Assembly (NCBI GenBank): GCA_964623735.1
Contig: CAZUVE010000001.1
Coordinates: forward strand, 1 to 54,274
Direction: 5' to 3'
Source: an uncultured Halobacteriales archaeon
GTDB lineage: Archaea > Halobacteriota > Halobacteria > Halobacteriales > Haloarculaceae
Length of the DNA: 54,274 nucleotides
Below are positions 18,910 through 28,612 of the stretch, in pieces. The translations under genes and the position numbers were made by a program. Under the pieces are notes generated by a model, which was not told where the DNA came from, did no database searches, and worked only from the letters and a program-made list of their open reading frames with translations. Each line of letters starts with the position of its first letter. The stretch's first letter is position 1.

Positions 18910-19149
18910 ATGAGTGACGCAGTAGAAGAGACGGCAGTGGAAACCGCGGAAGAAATCGACACCGATGGTCTCACCCCTGCCGTACTGGCGTCGGTCGGTT
19001 CGGTCGCACTCGCCCTGTATTTCTATTACGTGCGCGGTGACAAACAGCGTGGCCAGTTCGTCGGCTTCTGGCCTGTCACGATACTCGCCCTCGCAACGTA
19101 CTTCAAGCTACAGGAGATAGCGCAGATGCTATCGGAAGGCAGCGAGTAA
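18910..19149 (+). CDS. small membrane protein (79 aa)
   Basis: Acidic N-terminus followed by two helices (VLASVGSVALALYFYY, FWPVTILALATYF). Confidence 0.5.
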   Translation: MSDAVEETAVETAEEIDTDGLTPAVLASVGSVALALYFYYVRGDKQRGQFVGFWPVTILALATYFKLQEIAQMLSEGSE

Positions 19150-19226
19150 TCCTGTCGGCTATAACTATTTGAAGATATTCCCCACCCGGGGTGCCGACAG
19201 TGCTCACGCGCTTATAGCCGACAGTA
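19150..19226 (+). repeat. family-A repeat, directly after the stop codon of 18910..19149
   Basis: TCCTGTCGGCTATAACTATTTGAAGATATTCCCCACCCGGGGTGCCGACAGTGCTCACGCGCTTATAGCCGACAGTA. Confidence 0.8.
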
Positions 19227-19304
19227 CGACAGCCGGGTGTACCACGCGGGGACGCCCGGCGGCGAACGGCTCGCATATAAGTGGGCGCCGGCGTTACCGG
19301 GGGT

Positions 19305-19517
19305 ATGGACGACGACGTGTTGCGGAGCGCGCGCAACGCCTACCTCGTGGTGTTGCTGTTGCTGGTCGCGATCAGCGCGTACCAGTTCTTCGCGATCGGG
19401 GGCATCACCCGGCCAGTGGCGGCCATCTGGGTGACTGCCGCCGGCGTCTTCTATCTCTCGAAGTGGTACTACGGGCGCCAGGGCGGGAGGGCGTCGCCCG
19501 GGACCGGAAAGGGTTAA
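19305..19517 (+). CDS. small membrane protein (70 aa)
   Basis: MDDDVLRSARNAYLVVLLLLVAISAYQFFAIGG...AIWVTAAGVFYLSKWYY, two helices, 24 bp upstream of atpD. Confidence 0.5.
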   Translation: MDDDVLRSARNAYLVVLLLLVAISAYQFFAIGGITRPVAAIWVTAAGVFYLSKWYYGRQGGRASPGTGKG

Positions 19518-19541
19518 CTGAGTGGGTCCGGAATTCACCCC

Positions 19542-20243
19542 ATGGCCGAGGACGTCAAGCCGACGCGCAAGAACCTCATGCACATCGAGGAGCGCATCGA
19601 GCTCTCAGAGCGGGGCCACGACACCCTCGAAAAGAAGCGCGACGGCCTCATCATGGAGTTCATGGACATCCTGGACCAGGCCAGGGACGTCCGGGAGGAC
19701 CTGGAAGCCAGCTACGACCGCGCCCAGCGCAGCATGGACATGGCGCGGGCGATGGAGGGCGACGTCGCGGTCCGCGGGGCCGCCGCGGCACTCAAGGACC
19801 ATCCCGAACTCACCACGCAGTCGAAAAACATCATGGGCGTCGTCGTCCCGCAGATCGAGTCCTCGAAGGTCAGGAAAGACCTGGACGAGCGAGGGTACGG
19901 TGTGCTCGGGACGAGTGCGCGCATCGACGAGGCCGCCGGGGCCTACGAGGACCTGCTCGAGAAAATCATCCTCGCGGCGGAGGTCGAGACCGCGATGAAG
20001 AAGCTCCTGGACGAGATCGAGACCACAAAGCGCCGCGTCAACGCCCTCGAGTTCAAGCTCCTGCCCGAACTGCACGACAACAAGGAGTACATCGAGCAGA
20101 AACTCGAGGAACAGGAGCGCGAGGAGATCTTCCGCATGAAGAAGATCAAGGACATGTTAGATTCCGAGACAAGTGAATGGGCTGAAGAAGAGGAAGAGAA
20201 AGAGAGAGAGGAAGAAGAGATAGCTGTCGGTGCTGACGACTGA
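19542..20243 (+). CDS. atpD: A-type (V-type) ATP synthase subunit D, with its last ~29 codons supplied by the integrated element
   Basis: PTRKNLM...LERRVNALE-type coiled-coil pattern ([16 protein letters not shown]) and [11 protein letters not shown]. Codon usage switches to A/T-ending codons after 20156. Confidence 0.95.
   Translation: MAEDVKPTRKNLMHIEERIELSERGHDTLEKKRDGLIMEFMDILDQARDVREDLEASYDRAQRSMDMARAMEGDVAVRGAAAALKDHPELTTQSKNIMGVVVPQIESSKVRKDLDERGYGVLGTSARIDEAAGAYEDLLEKIILAAEVETAMKKLLDEIETTKRRVNALEFKLLPELHDNKEYIEQKLEEQEREEIFRMKKIKDMLDSETSEWAEEEEEKEREEEEIAVGADD
20142..20156 (+). repeat. attL core (15-bp direct repeat AAGATCAAGGACATG)
   Basis: An identical 15-mer occurs at 35272..35286, and both are in the atpD reading frame (KIKDM). 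Confidence 0.8.
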
Positions 20244-20519
20244 TTCACTGATATTCCTTCTCGAAACCGAATTGGGCCGTGTGGCCCCTGGTTTGCACCA
20301 GGTCGCGGCACCTCCGGATCAGTAAGACTGACCAAGGCTTCTTGAACCTGGTGCAGTCTTGAGCGGTAGAGCTCACATCCCTGACCCAGTCCAGTCTGGA
20401 ACCACAGGAGTTCACGAACTGACGCCTATAATAACCTATACCGTTCAGTTCGCGAACTTGATTCCCGGCTACTACCGTATCGATCTCGGTGGCGAATCCA
20501 CCAGCTCGGATGCATTCTC

Positions 20520-21400
20520 CGGGTAGTGCAGCGGCGTCGTCAAGATCCTCACAAACGTCCTCATCGACCTGGTCCGGACTGACCTGCCTACCCGCGACCC
20601 CCCGGCCGCCCAGGGCAGGAGAAACCTTGGCCGGCCTTGTGCGGCCGCGGTTTCCCCGCCGGGAGAGACCTGATCCCCCACTTGGGGATGGACCTGGGGG
20701 GCGGACCTGACGCGCGCGTCAAGCCTGACCTCGGGTCTGCGCGCCCGCGGTGACACCTCGCACGAATCGTAACGTCGGAGGTATCATTCCGGTCTGCAGA
20801 ACGCGAGGATTCCCTACGAGGTGGGGGTGTGGACTTCCTCATCATCGATGAGAGTGCATCGGTGCCGGAACGTGCTTGGACAGAGGAACTCCACCCAACG
20901 CTGTCCGATTCCCAGGGCAAGATGATTGCCATCGGCACACCTAAGAGCCGAAACTGGTTCCATCGCTGGTTCAAACGTGGCCAGTCCACCGATTATACTG
21001 GTCGACGGAGTCCCTGATAGATATTCGCCGGGTCGTGACGCGGCGAATTGTCTCAACCGTTCCGTCGACCAGTATACCCCGAGGTTACGAGCTTCCAGGC
21101 CCCTACATATCAGAATCCGCATATCGCCGACTCGGAGATTGATTCCGCCCGCGACGACATGCCGGACCGTGTATTTGAACAGGAGTATCTGGCGAAGTTC
21201 GTCGATGATGCCAGTGGCGTCTTCCGGAACGTTCGTGAGCGGAATGTCGAGTCGTATACCCTGTCCGTGAGTGCCGCCGAGAGTACTGGTCCCTATTCAA
21301 TCGGTGTCGACTTCGCCCGGGTGGAAGGCACGCTGGATTCGCGTCGGTGGTTAGCTGCGCTATTCGGGTTCAGAGGAGTTCGACACTCTCTCCCCTGAGA
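20520..21400 (+). pseudogene. phage terminase large subunit, multiply frameshifted and truncated
   Basis: The fragments are ALCGRGFPAGR (decayed Walker A), VSFRSAEREDSLRGGGVDFLIIDESASVP (Walker B), MIAIGTPKSRNWFHRWF, then in another frame FQAPTYQNPHI...FEQEYLAKFVDDASGVF...YSIGVDFAR. Confidence 0.65.
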
Positions 21401-21636
21401 ACGCTGCTGACTTCCGATCACGACCCGATCCAACTACGCATTGTCGGCTTCCTGCGTCATTGTCTCACCACTTCAGACAGAATCTCACCCTGCCAGAGAG
21501 AAGTTAGCCTAGAACGGATGAGGATAGGGGGTGTCCGGTCGATTGATTCTCGCACATTCAAGCAACCGTGGGTCGGTGTGCTTGACCTCTGAGAACTCCC
21601 GGGAACAGTGTACCCGGCGATGTTTCGGTTGTGCTC

Positions 21637-21716
21637 ATACTGTCGGTTATAACTACGTGAAGATATTCTGCACCCCGGAGTGCCGACAGTGCTCACGCGC
21701 TTATAGCCGACAGTAT
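21637..21716 (+). repeat. family-A repeat
   Basis: ATACTGTCGGTTATAACTACGTGAAGATATTCTGCACCCCGGAGTGCCGACAGTGCTCACGCGCTTATAGCCGACAGTAT. Confidence 0.85.
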
Positions 21717-22084
21717 CAGTAGTCGCAAGGTTGCGGTGGATTCATTCTACGAATAGCTGAATTAACTGACGTGATATCCGTTGAAATTTACTGCACGGAT
21801 GCGGGTTCTGGATGAGAAAGAGATATTATAGCAGACGGACTGGAAGCGACCTGTTCGAAGTCTGAGAACGCCGTTGAGGTGAAATTGGATATACAATCGG
21901 TCGATAGTCGCATGATGAGAGAAACTATCATAATGCTGGCCAACATGCACAAATATATCACACATAGTATCATGGAAAAGCGTACAGTCAACGTGATATT
22001 GGACACGTCGCTCGCCGAACCACGCTCATCCTCGAATGGTACAAGTACGATCACGTGATACGTGTCAACCGGAGGGACGAATAA

Positions 22085-23041
22085 ATGAGTACACGTAGTG
22101 GGCCACTCGCTTCGACGAGGTCCGCCACCCTAGCTCAGCGCCTGCGGCCAATCTTGGAGACACTGTTCGATTGGCTCACGCTTGAGCCCATCTGGCGGGC
22201 GTACCGCCGTGCGGGGACCAGAGGAGCCGTTGCGGTGGCGGTCGGGCTATGGTTTATCTGGCTGATGATCGTGTCCGTGCCGCTGGCCGTCGTCGGCGGG
22301 TTGCTCGAATTAGCCGGTGTCGTTCAGAGTGCCGGTGATGCCATTGTGGCACCGGTGGTTTTATTGGCAACTGCAATTACATTATACGGCGCGTACAACG
22401 CCTACCGGTTCATCGACGATCGGGGGACGGTGTACGAGTACCGCCAGAATCTCGATACACAGAAGGCCGGCGACTGTTTCGACTATCTAGATTCGGGGGA
22501 TGCCGTCACACGCGGGATTGCCTCGGCGGCCATCGCCGATGCGATGGGACAGATTGACGACGTAGACCCAGTATTGAAACAGGCCGGGTTGGACAAGGAA
22601 GCGGTTGCATTCAAACTGGTCGATCTATTCCATGATGATAACGATGACGTACGGCGCAACGCCAGCGAGGCAGTCGCATACTTATCTCGTGACTACCCGC
22701 TGACCATCGCCCCGTACCGCGACGATGTCTTTGCGGCCATGACCTACCCCGACTCGGTGATTCAGACGAACGCAGCCATCGTCGGGGGAAACATGGCTGC
22801 TATCGAGCCCCGATTGTCTGATGAAGTCGTCGACAATCTCGAGCCGCTCATCGCTGATGAGGACCCAGAGGTCCGGCAGGGGATGGCGATGGCACTAAGC
22901 CTGATTCACACAGACCGGGCCCGGAAGCTGTTAGAACAGCTCGCCAGCGACTCCAACGCCGATGTCCGCAACACGGCGACCGAGGCCCGCGAACAGCAGG
23001 AGCAAGGACGCCCCCTTGACATTGACGTCGAATCCGCATGA
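22085..23041 (+). CDS. membrane-anchored HEAT-repeat protein (paralog 1)
   Basis: Two N-terminal helices (AVAVAVGLWFIWLMIVSVPLAVVGG, VAPVVLLATAITLYGAY). HEAT/PBS-lyase-like repeats follow (DDNDDVRRNASEAVAYLSRDYP, DEDPEVRQGMAMALS, SDSNADVRNTATEA). Confidence 0.75.
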   Translation: MSTRSGPLASTRSATLAQRLRPILETLFDWLTLEPIWRAYRRAGTRGAVAVAVGLWFIWLMIVSVPLAVVGGLLELAGVVQSAGDAIVAPVVLLATAITLYGAYNAYRFIDDRGTVYEYRQNLDTQKAGDCFDYLDSGDAVTRGIASAAIADAMGQIDDVDPVLKQAGLDKEAVAFKLVDLFHDDNDDVRRNASEAVAYLSRDYPLTIAPYRDDVFAAMTYPDSVIQTNAAIVGGNMAAIEPRLSDEVVDNLEPLIADEDPEVRQGMAMALSLIHTDRARKLLEQLASDSNADVRNTATEAREQQEQGRPLDIDVESA

Positions 23042-23122
23042 GGTTGATGTTCAGACATCACACCCAACCAACCGGTCGGTTGCATCGTGCGCTAAGTAGT
23101 TGCGCCGCCACTCAACCCAGTC

Positions 23123-23983
23123 ATGGATGAGCGTATCGCCCGGCTGGCCGCCGTCGAAAGCGACACCGGTCGGGGCCGTGCCACCGACATCCTCATCGAC
23201 ATCGTCAAAGAGGCCCGCGACCAGGTCGGTGTTGCTGGAATCGCAGTGTCAGTTGCGGTGTTGTATTTCGGCTCGTACTTTCTGTTGGCAGCCATGTTCG
23301 GCGTGGCCAGCAGCGTCATCGGCGAGACGGTGGGACTTCTCGCCGGACTGGTTGCACTTGCATACACGAGTTGGGTAGGGTTCACCGCCTACGAGGAATC
23401 GACTGACAGAGAGCGAGCCCGCATCATCCAGTCCCGGCCATCGATCGACACCATCGAGGAAGCGTTCGACCTGCTGACGAGTCCGGACCCGGAGGCTCGT
23501 GAGCACGCGGCCGCATGCGTCCGTGAGGTCACCGCCCTCGGGCCACAGAAGGTGATCTCGATATTGGGCGCCTCTGCAGAGGACGTGGTGTCGTATCTTA
23601 TTCCGCGACTGGATTCCGACCAGGAAGCCGTCCGGGCGAGCATCGCCAGCGCCATCGCGTTCTTCGCTCGTGACTACCCGGCAGCGGTTGTCCCACACCG
23701 GGAGACACTGCTGTCGCGGGTCACTGCCGACGGCATCAGCCCAGAGGTCCGGGGGGAACTCGCGATGACCGTTGGGTACCTCTCGCTGACCCGCGGCGGC
23801 GAGACCGAGACACTCGAGGAGGTCGGATTCGAACTCGCCGATCACTCCACTCCTCAGGTGCGAATCGGGGCCTGCTACATGCTGGCGGGCGCCCAGACCG
23901 ATAGAGCGCGGGAACGGATCCGCAAGATTGCCGAGGACGACCCTGATACGGAGGTGCGAAACCATGCTGAGGAGCTGTACTGA
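23123..23983 (+). CDS. membrane-anchored HEAT-repeat protein (paralog 2)
   Basis: Same architecture as paralog 1, and shares the ARDYP and TDRAR...DDPDTEVRNHA blocks with 22085..23041. Confidence 0.75.
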   Translation: MDERIARLAAVESDTGRGRATDILIDIVKEARDQVGVAGIAVSVAVLYFGSYFLLAAMFGVASSVIGETVGLLAGLVALAYTSWVGFTAYEESTDRERARIIQSRPSIDTIEEAFDLLTSPDPEAREHAAACVREVTALGPQKVISILGASAEDVVSYLIPRLDSDQEAVRASIASAIAFFARDYPAAVVPHRETLLSRVTADGISPEVRGELAMTVGYLSLTRGGETETLEEVGFELADHSTPQVRIGACYMLAGAQTDRARERIRKIAEDDPDTEVRNHAEELY

Positions 23984-24022
23984 CCACACGCAGTGTTCCG
24001 AGAGGCCCGAGGAGGTGACAAA

Positions 24023-25330
24023 ATGAGCACTGCCGGGGAGTTCTCGTCACCGAACGTCGAAGCCAAAGACTACTACGAGCGGCTCGGGGTCCCTGAGGAC
24101 GCCAGCGCTGAGGACGTCGCCAACCACACCAAAAAATACGTCGCGCAATTCAAACCGGAGCTGTCGGACCACGACAACGCCGACGAACGGTGGGATCGGT
24201 TCAACGACGCTCGCCAAACGCTCAACGGGGCCGAGACCAAAGAGGAGTACGACACGTTTCGTGAGCGGTTCGGGCCACAGGATGGGGCCGAGGCGTACGA
24301 GGCCTGGGAGGCCCGTGACAGACCTGGGGACCCGGCGACACTTGACCCTGCCCGCCAACTCGACCGGCCGTCGATCGGTAAAGAGGGTACTGCCACCTCC
24401 GATGAGGAGCCGGCCGAGAGCCAGACATCCAGCAGACAGAGTGATGACCGCCAGCAGCGCCGGTCCCGAGAGCGCACACGGCAGACGTCCGAGGCCGAAC
24501 GCGAGCGCCGCCGCAGAGAGCGCCAGCGGCGTCGTCGCGAAGCCGACATCGACCTCGACTCCTCGAAGGCCCACTCGACCCGTAACGTCGACAGGGACGA
24601 TGAGGAAGACGACGAGGCCACCGAGGAACCGGCCAGCCAGTCGACGGCACGGCAGGTGCTCAGCCACTTCCGGGAGTCCGGCCGGGTCGCGACGCGCGAG
24701 GCCGCGACCGCTCTCGAGGTGCTGGAACTGGCGGTCGTCGGCTACATCATATACGCCCTCATCGTCCAGTTCGGCGCAGCCAGCGTGGCCGACGCGGCCG
24801 GAACCGTCATCGTCCAAGACATCGCGACTGTCGGCGTGGTTCTCGGCGTCGGGTTCGTCCTCGTCAGCCGGTATCTTCAGCGGTTCGGGACTGATCCGGC
24901 CAACCCAGACGGTCGGCCGTCGCCGGGCCGGCAACTTATTCGCGACAGCGACACCCCGACGTGGTTCGTGTACGGCCCGGCAGTCGCTGGTGTACTGTTC
25001 GCCGGTCTGCTCCCGCTGGGCGGGGGCGGTACGACGCTGTTGTTCGTCGGACTGGCAATGCTGTTCACATACGGACGGTACCGGGTGGTGGCCGAACTGG
25101 TACCCACGCCGGACTGGAGCGAGTACGTCGACATCGCCGGTGGAGCCGGCGCCGCAGTACTGTTCATCGCTATCTTTGTGCTGTCGGCGCCCGGCGCAGG
25201 GGTTGAGGCAGATGTCGCGACCTCCGGGCCGGCGGTCGCCATTGTCGTGGTTGCGCTCATAGCCGCCATCGTTGCCATCCCATCGGTCGCTCTCTGGTTG
25301 GGCGCTCGGGAGGAGGCCGAGGCCGCTTGA
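24023..25330 (+). CDS. polytopic membrane protein with N-terminal J-like domain (HPD replaced by KPE)
   Basis: DYYERLGVPEDASAEDV...KKYVAQFKPELSDHDNADERWDRFNDARQTL...EYD aligns with J-domain helices I-IV. An R/E/D-rich linker and about 5 C-terminal helices follow. GGAGGTGA lies 5 nt upstream of ATG 24023. Confidence 0.75.
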   Translation: MSTAGEFSSPNVEAKDYYERLGVPEDASAEDVANHTKKYVAQFKPELSDHDNADERWDRFNDARQTLNGAETKEEYDTFRERFGPQDGAEAYEAWEARDRPGDPATLDPARQLDRPSIGKEGTATSDEEPAESQTSSRQSDDRQQRRSRERTRQTSEAERERRRRERQRRRREADIDLDSSKAHSTRNVDRDDEEDDEATEEPASQSTARQVLSHFRESGRVATREAATALEVLELAVVGYIIYALIVQFGAASVADAAGTVIVQDIATVGVVLGVGFVLVSRYLQRFGTDPANPDGRPSPGRQLIRDSDTPTWFVYGPAVAGVLFAGLLPLGGGGTTLLFVGLAMLFTYGRYRVVAELVPTPDWSEYVDIAGGAGAAVLFIAIFVLSAPGAGVEADVATSGPAVAIVVVALIAAIVAIPSVALWLGAREEAEAA

Positions 25331-25439
25331 GAGTCTGCCCATCCAGAGGACCAGAGACTCTACTGGCACAACAGTTAATCTAACCAATACCGTATGAAAT
25401 AAAAAATGCCGGACCGGAAATCGTCACGGACGAAACGGA

Positions 25440-25790
25440 ACGTGCCTGCAGGGAATCACCCAACTCGAGGCCTCCTACGACGAAGGGCTAGCCGACGCCA
25501 TCGTCGCTGGGGCGACACAGGAGATCCTCATGCGGCCGGGGGACAACGAATCACTCGAGCATATCCAGCAGGCGATCGGCTCTACTATCATCGAACATGA
25601 AGAGGAAGCCCCGGGGTTCGGTCAGCGCAACGTCAAACAGGAGGAACAGGACTACCTTTCGGATCGCGAGATCCGTCAGTTCCAGACCGGTGAGGCAATC
25701 GTCCGATCGCCGGACGGGTTCGCTCACGGCCGAGTCAAGCCCTGGGAGCATCTCTCCAGCCGCGAGAAAGCCAAACTCACCGGTGACTGA
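25440..25790 (+). pseudogene. C-terminal remnant of a TraD/VirD4-like (type IV coupling protein) gene
   Basis: LQGITQLEASYDEGLADAIVAGATQEILMRPGDNESLEHIQQAIG...DYLSDREIRQFQTGEAIVRSPDG matches the conserved C-terminal blocks of coupling ATPases. No N-terminal ATPase part is present. Confidence 0.55.
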
Positions 25791-25862
25791 CCATCGCATG
25801 ACAGACACTCATCGTGGGCCGACACACCGACACCGGACTGAGAACCACCATCAGCAACACCA

Positions 25863-27224
25863 ATGACATCGGGTACCGACGACCCGGACGACGACGGACC
25901 GAGCAACAATCAATCGGACCGCGCCTCAGAGGACCAGCCCGAGGTTGACCGAGCCGATAGCGCCGAGACAGAGGGGGCGACCGATTCCGATGCCGAGGCG
26001 GCGGACGCTCTGGACGACATCGACGGTCCTCCGGAGTCCAAGACGACAGCCGCAGAACAGGCAGGCTCAGCCGATGATCACCCGACCGACGCGGCCGAGC
26101 AGACGCCCGCCGAGGCGGATATGACAGAGGACATGAGAGAGGCCGAGGCTGCCGAGGAGCCGGCCGCCGAGGCCGACACCGACAGCACGAGCGACGCCGA
26201 AGCCACGGACCCCGAATCTGAGTCTGAGCCCAGCGCTGACTCCGAGGTCACAGCGGTCGACAGTCAGGACACCGAGAGCGGGTCGGGCGAGAAGACCAGC
26301 GCGAGCGATGACGACGCCTCCTCAGTCGATGCTGACGCTGCTGAGGAGGGCGACGGAAAAGAGGAGCCGGCCACAGAGGCCGATACCGACGACGAGGGAA
26401 CCGGCGCCGACCACCGGTCCGAGACGGCGAAGACCGAGGAGCCGGATGCTGCCGATGACGGCGGTGACGACACGATGGCCGGTCGTGACCCGGCGGATCT
26501 AACGCCGGACGAGGTGGAGGTCACTCGTCCCGACGAGTTCGAGTTCAGGTACCTCCCCAAAGACCGCCTCCCTCCGGATCTCCAGTACACCCCGGAGTTC
26601 GATCCCGACTGGGTGTACCCATCCGGAACAAAAGACGGTGGCACGCAGGACGACGTCCCAGTCCAAGGCCTCGAGACCGGCGTGTTGGCAACCGAGGATA
26701 CCCTCGAAGCGATCGTTGAGGCCGTCCTCGAGGCGCTCGAACTGTATCACGACGCTGTCGGAGAGTATCCACGCCACCGCATCGTCGACTCCGCGGCCAC
26801 GTTCCGCGACCTGAACGACGGGAGCGTCGGGCTTGCAGTCGTCTTCCAGCCTCGGCCGGACGACTACGACGGCCTCACAGACCATATGACTGCGCTGACA
26901 GCGGGTGATTCCGGAGCCGTCGACGGGAACTACGACCGAGCCCGCCGCCTCGTACAGTACCTCGTCGGATCGCTCACACACCGTGAACTGGCGGCGCTGC
27001 CGGGCGCAGAGGATGTGGAACTGGAGGCGGTCACCGACTGGGAATCGCCACGACGGGTCGGCACCACCCCCATCGTCGAGCGATACGGCCCGTTGGCTGC
27101 AGAGGAGGTGTACGACCCGACAGCGGGACCGGTCGATATCTCCACCGATGGGGTCGCCAGCGTGACGGAGACCAATATTTCGCCGACGTATCTCGATATC
27201 AACCATGTGGAGGAACTGTTCTGA
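25863..27224 (+). CDS. protein with ~200-aa extremely acidic low-complexity N-terminus and a ~250-aa globular C-terminal domain of unknown family
   Basis: 453-aa ORF. The D/E/A/T-rich region spans about 25863..26470. The C-terminal part has normal composition, and I recognised no motifs in it. Confidence 0.65.
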   Translation: MTSGTDDPDDDGPSNNQSDRASEDQPEVDRADSAETEGATDSDAEAADALDDIDGPPESKTTAAEQAGSADDHPTDAAEQTPAEADMTEDMREAEAAEEPAAEADTDSTSDAEATDPESESEPSADSEVTAVDSQDTESGSGEKTSASDDDASSVDADAAEEGDGKEEPATEADTDDEGTGADHRSETAKTEEPDAADDGGDDTMAGRDPADLTPDEVEVTRPDEFEFRYLPKDRLPPDLQYTPEFDPDWVYPSGTKDGGTQDDVPVQGLETGVLATEDTLEAIVEAVLEALELYHDAVGEYPRHRIVDSAATFRDLNDGSVGLAVVFQPRPDDYDGLTDHMTALTAGDSGAVDGNYDRARRLVQYLVGSLTHRELAALPGAEDVELEAVTDWESPRRVGTTPIVERYGPLAAEEVYDPTAGPVDISTDGVASVTETNISPTYLDINHVEELF

Positions 27225-27305
27225 TCCGCCCCGCCGGACGTCACCACCTGAGGGTCGCCGTCCGGACCCGTGGCAGCGGTCGCCAGCAGCATCGGCACAG
27301 GAACT

Positions 27306-28058
27306 ATGTCTGTCGCCACGGTGGTCCGACCCATGACTGACGACGGCGAGCGGTTCGTCCGGCTCAGCAACCGGGCCAGGGACGGCGAACCGGTCGACGA
27401 AGGGGACATCCGAGCTGTGTTTGACGCTGTCTTAACGGAAGATATGGGGGCCGCTAGAGCGCTGCAGACCATCGCCGAAAACGATCCCGACCGGTTGGCG
27501 GCGTACACCGACGACATCCAGGCGGCGTTCGAGGCGTGTTCGGACGGCACCGTCCGAAGCAATCTGTATACGGTGCTCAAAGAGGTCAGCGCTGTCCGGC
27601 CGACCCTCCCGTTCGAGGTGGCCGACGAACTAGTCAGAACAATCCGTCAGGGCGACCCGCTGCTGGCCGCCGAGGCGATTGCAGCGCTGACGGCGTCGGT
27701 CAAGGCAGGCCAGACCCTCCCGGAGGAGTTCGTCCAAGAGGTGTTCTACCGAGTGGGGCGGTCACCGAACGACTACGTGATGTCCGTCGGCGGGGAGTTC
27801 CTTCGGACGGTCGTCGAAGCCGGTGGTGACAACGCGGTCCCAGCATTCGAGGCGTTCGGCGTCCTCCTCGCGGAAGACCAGTCCGATATGACGATCGTGC
27901 TGGGGCAGGTGCTCGTGGACCTGCTGTTGGAGTCGCCCGAGGCAGTGCCAGCAGACGCCGACACGGACGTGGTGCGGGAGGCACTGGCTCAGCGGCGTGA
28001 GGAAACCGGACTCCCGGACGACGAACTGACGACGGCACTCGAGACGCTCGAGGCGTGA
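27306..28058 (+). CDS. soluble all-helical HEAT/ARM-like repeat protein
   Basis: AENDPDRLAAYTDDIQAAF...DGTVRSNLYTVLKEV...GDPLLAAEAIAALTASV helical-repeat periodicity. The stop overlaps the next start (GTGA at 28055-28058). The start could instead be GTG 27270. Confidence 0.6.
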   Translation: MSVATVVRPMTDDGERFVRLSNRARDGEPVDEGDIRAVFDAVLTEDMGAARALQTIAENDPDRLAAYTDDIQAAFEACSDGTVRSNLYTVLKEVSAVRPTLPFEVADELVRTIRQGDPLLAAEAIAALTASVKAGQTLPEEFVQEVFYRVGRSPNDYVMSVGGEFLRTVVEAGGDNAVPAFEAFGVLLAEDQSDMTIVLGQVLVDLLLESPEAVPADADTDVVREALAQRREETGLPDDELTTALETLEA

Positions 28059-28612
28059 CCACCTGTAGCTGTGGCACCGAACAGAAGGAAGTCGACCGCG
28101 AGAGCACGGTGCGACAGTACGTCGACCGGTTCAGTTTCTCGGACCTCTCGCTGAACAAGAAGACCGAGGTAAAGAACCCGTTCCGTCCGAGCGCGCTCTA
28201 CGAACTGGCTACAGCGCCGAATGCCCGGGCGGACATCGAGGGTCCCAGCCTCGAAATAGAGCGCTCCGAGGACACCTTCTGCCCGAACTTCGCCGAGCAT
28301 CAGGAGGCGTACGACCGACTCGTCGCCCAGGCGGAACTGATCGAGGCCGCGACCCAGAATGTACCCGCCGCGGAGGTCGAGACCGCAGTCGACGTCGAGA
28401 TGGTCCGCTCGAAGATCGAGCACCTCCCCTCGCAGGTGCCCAACCTCTCAGAGGCAGAGCTCGAACAGCTCCAAGACGAGCTGACCGCTATGCAGGCGTC
28501 GCTGTCGGGGCGGCTCGAACAACTCGAGGGCAGCCAACCGGCGACGCTCCGGGAGTCGCTCGGCGGGTCTAACCGAGCCCAGCGACTGATACTGTCGGCT
28601 ATAACTTCGTGA
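28055..28612 (+). CDS. module-1 ORF of the interrupted gene (terminates in MITE-derived ILSAITS*)
   Basis: TTCSCGTEQKEVDRESTVRQY...EDTFCPNFAEHQEAYDRLV...VDVEMVRSKIEHLPSQV...LTAMQASL...NRAQRL, followed by MITE sequence. Confidence 0.6.
   Translation: MTTCSCGTEQKEVDRESTVRQYVDRFSFSDLSLNKKTEVKNPFRPSALYELATAPNARADIEGPSLEIERSEDTFCPNFAEHQEAYDRLVAQAELIEAATQNVPAAEVETAVDVEMVRSKIEHLPSQVPNLSEAELEQLQDELTAMQASLSGRLEQLEGSQPATLRESLGGSNRAQRLILSAITS

Noticed and set aside
21762-22054. Two overlapping minus-strand ORFs (67 and 88 aa) in the AT-rich block
   Set aside because: Their composition (Ile/Cys/Ser/Phe-rich, few acidic residues) is unlike haloarchaeal proteins. They most likely arise by chance in AT-rich DNA that happens to lack stop codons in that frame.
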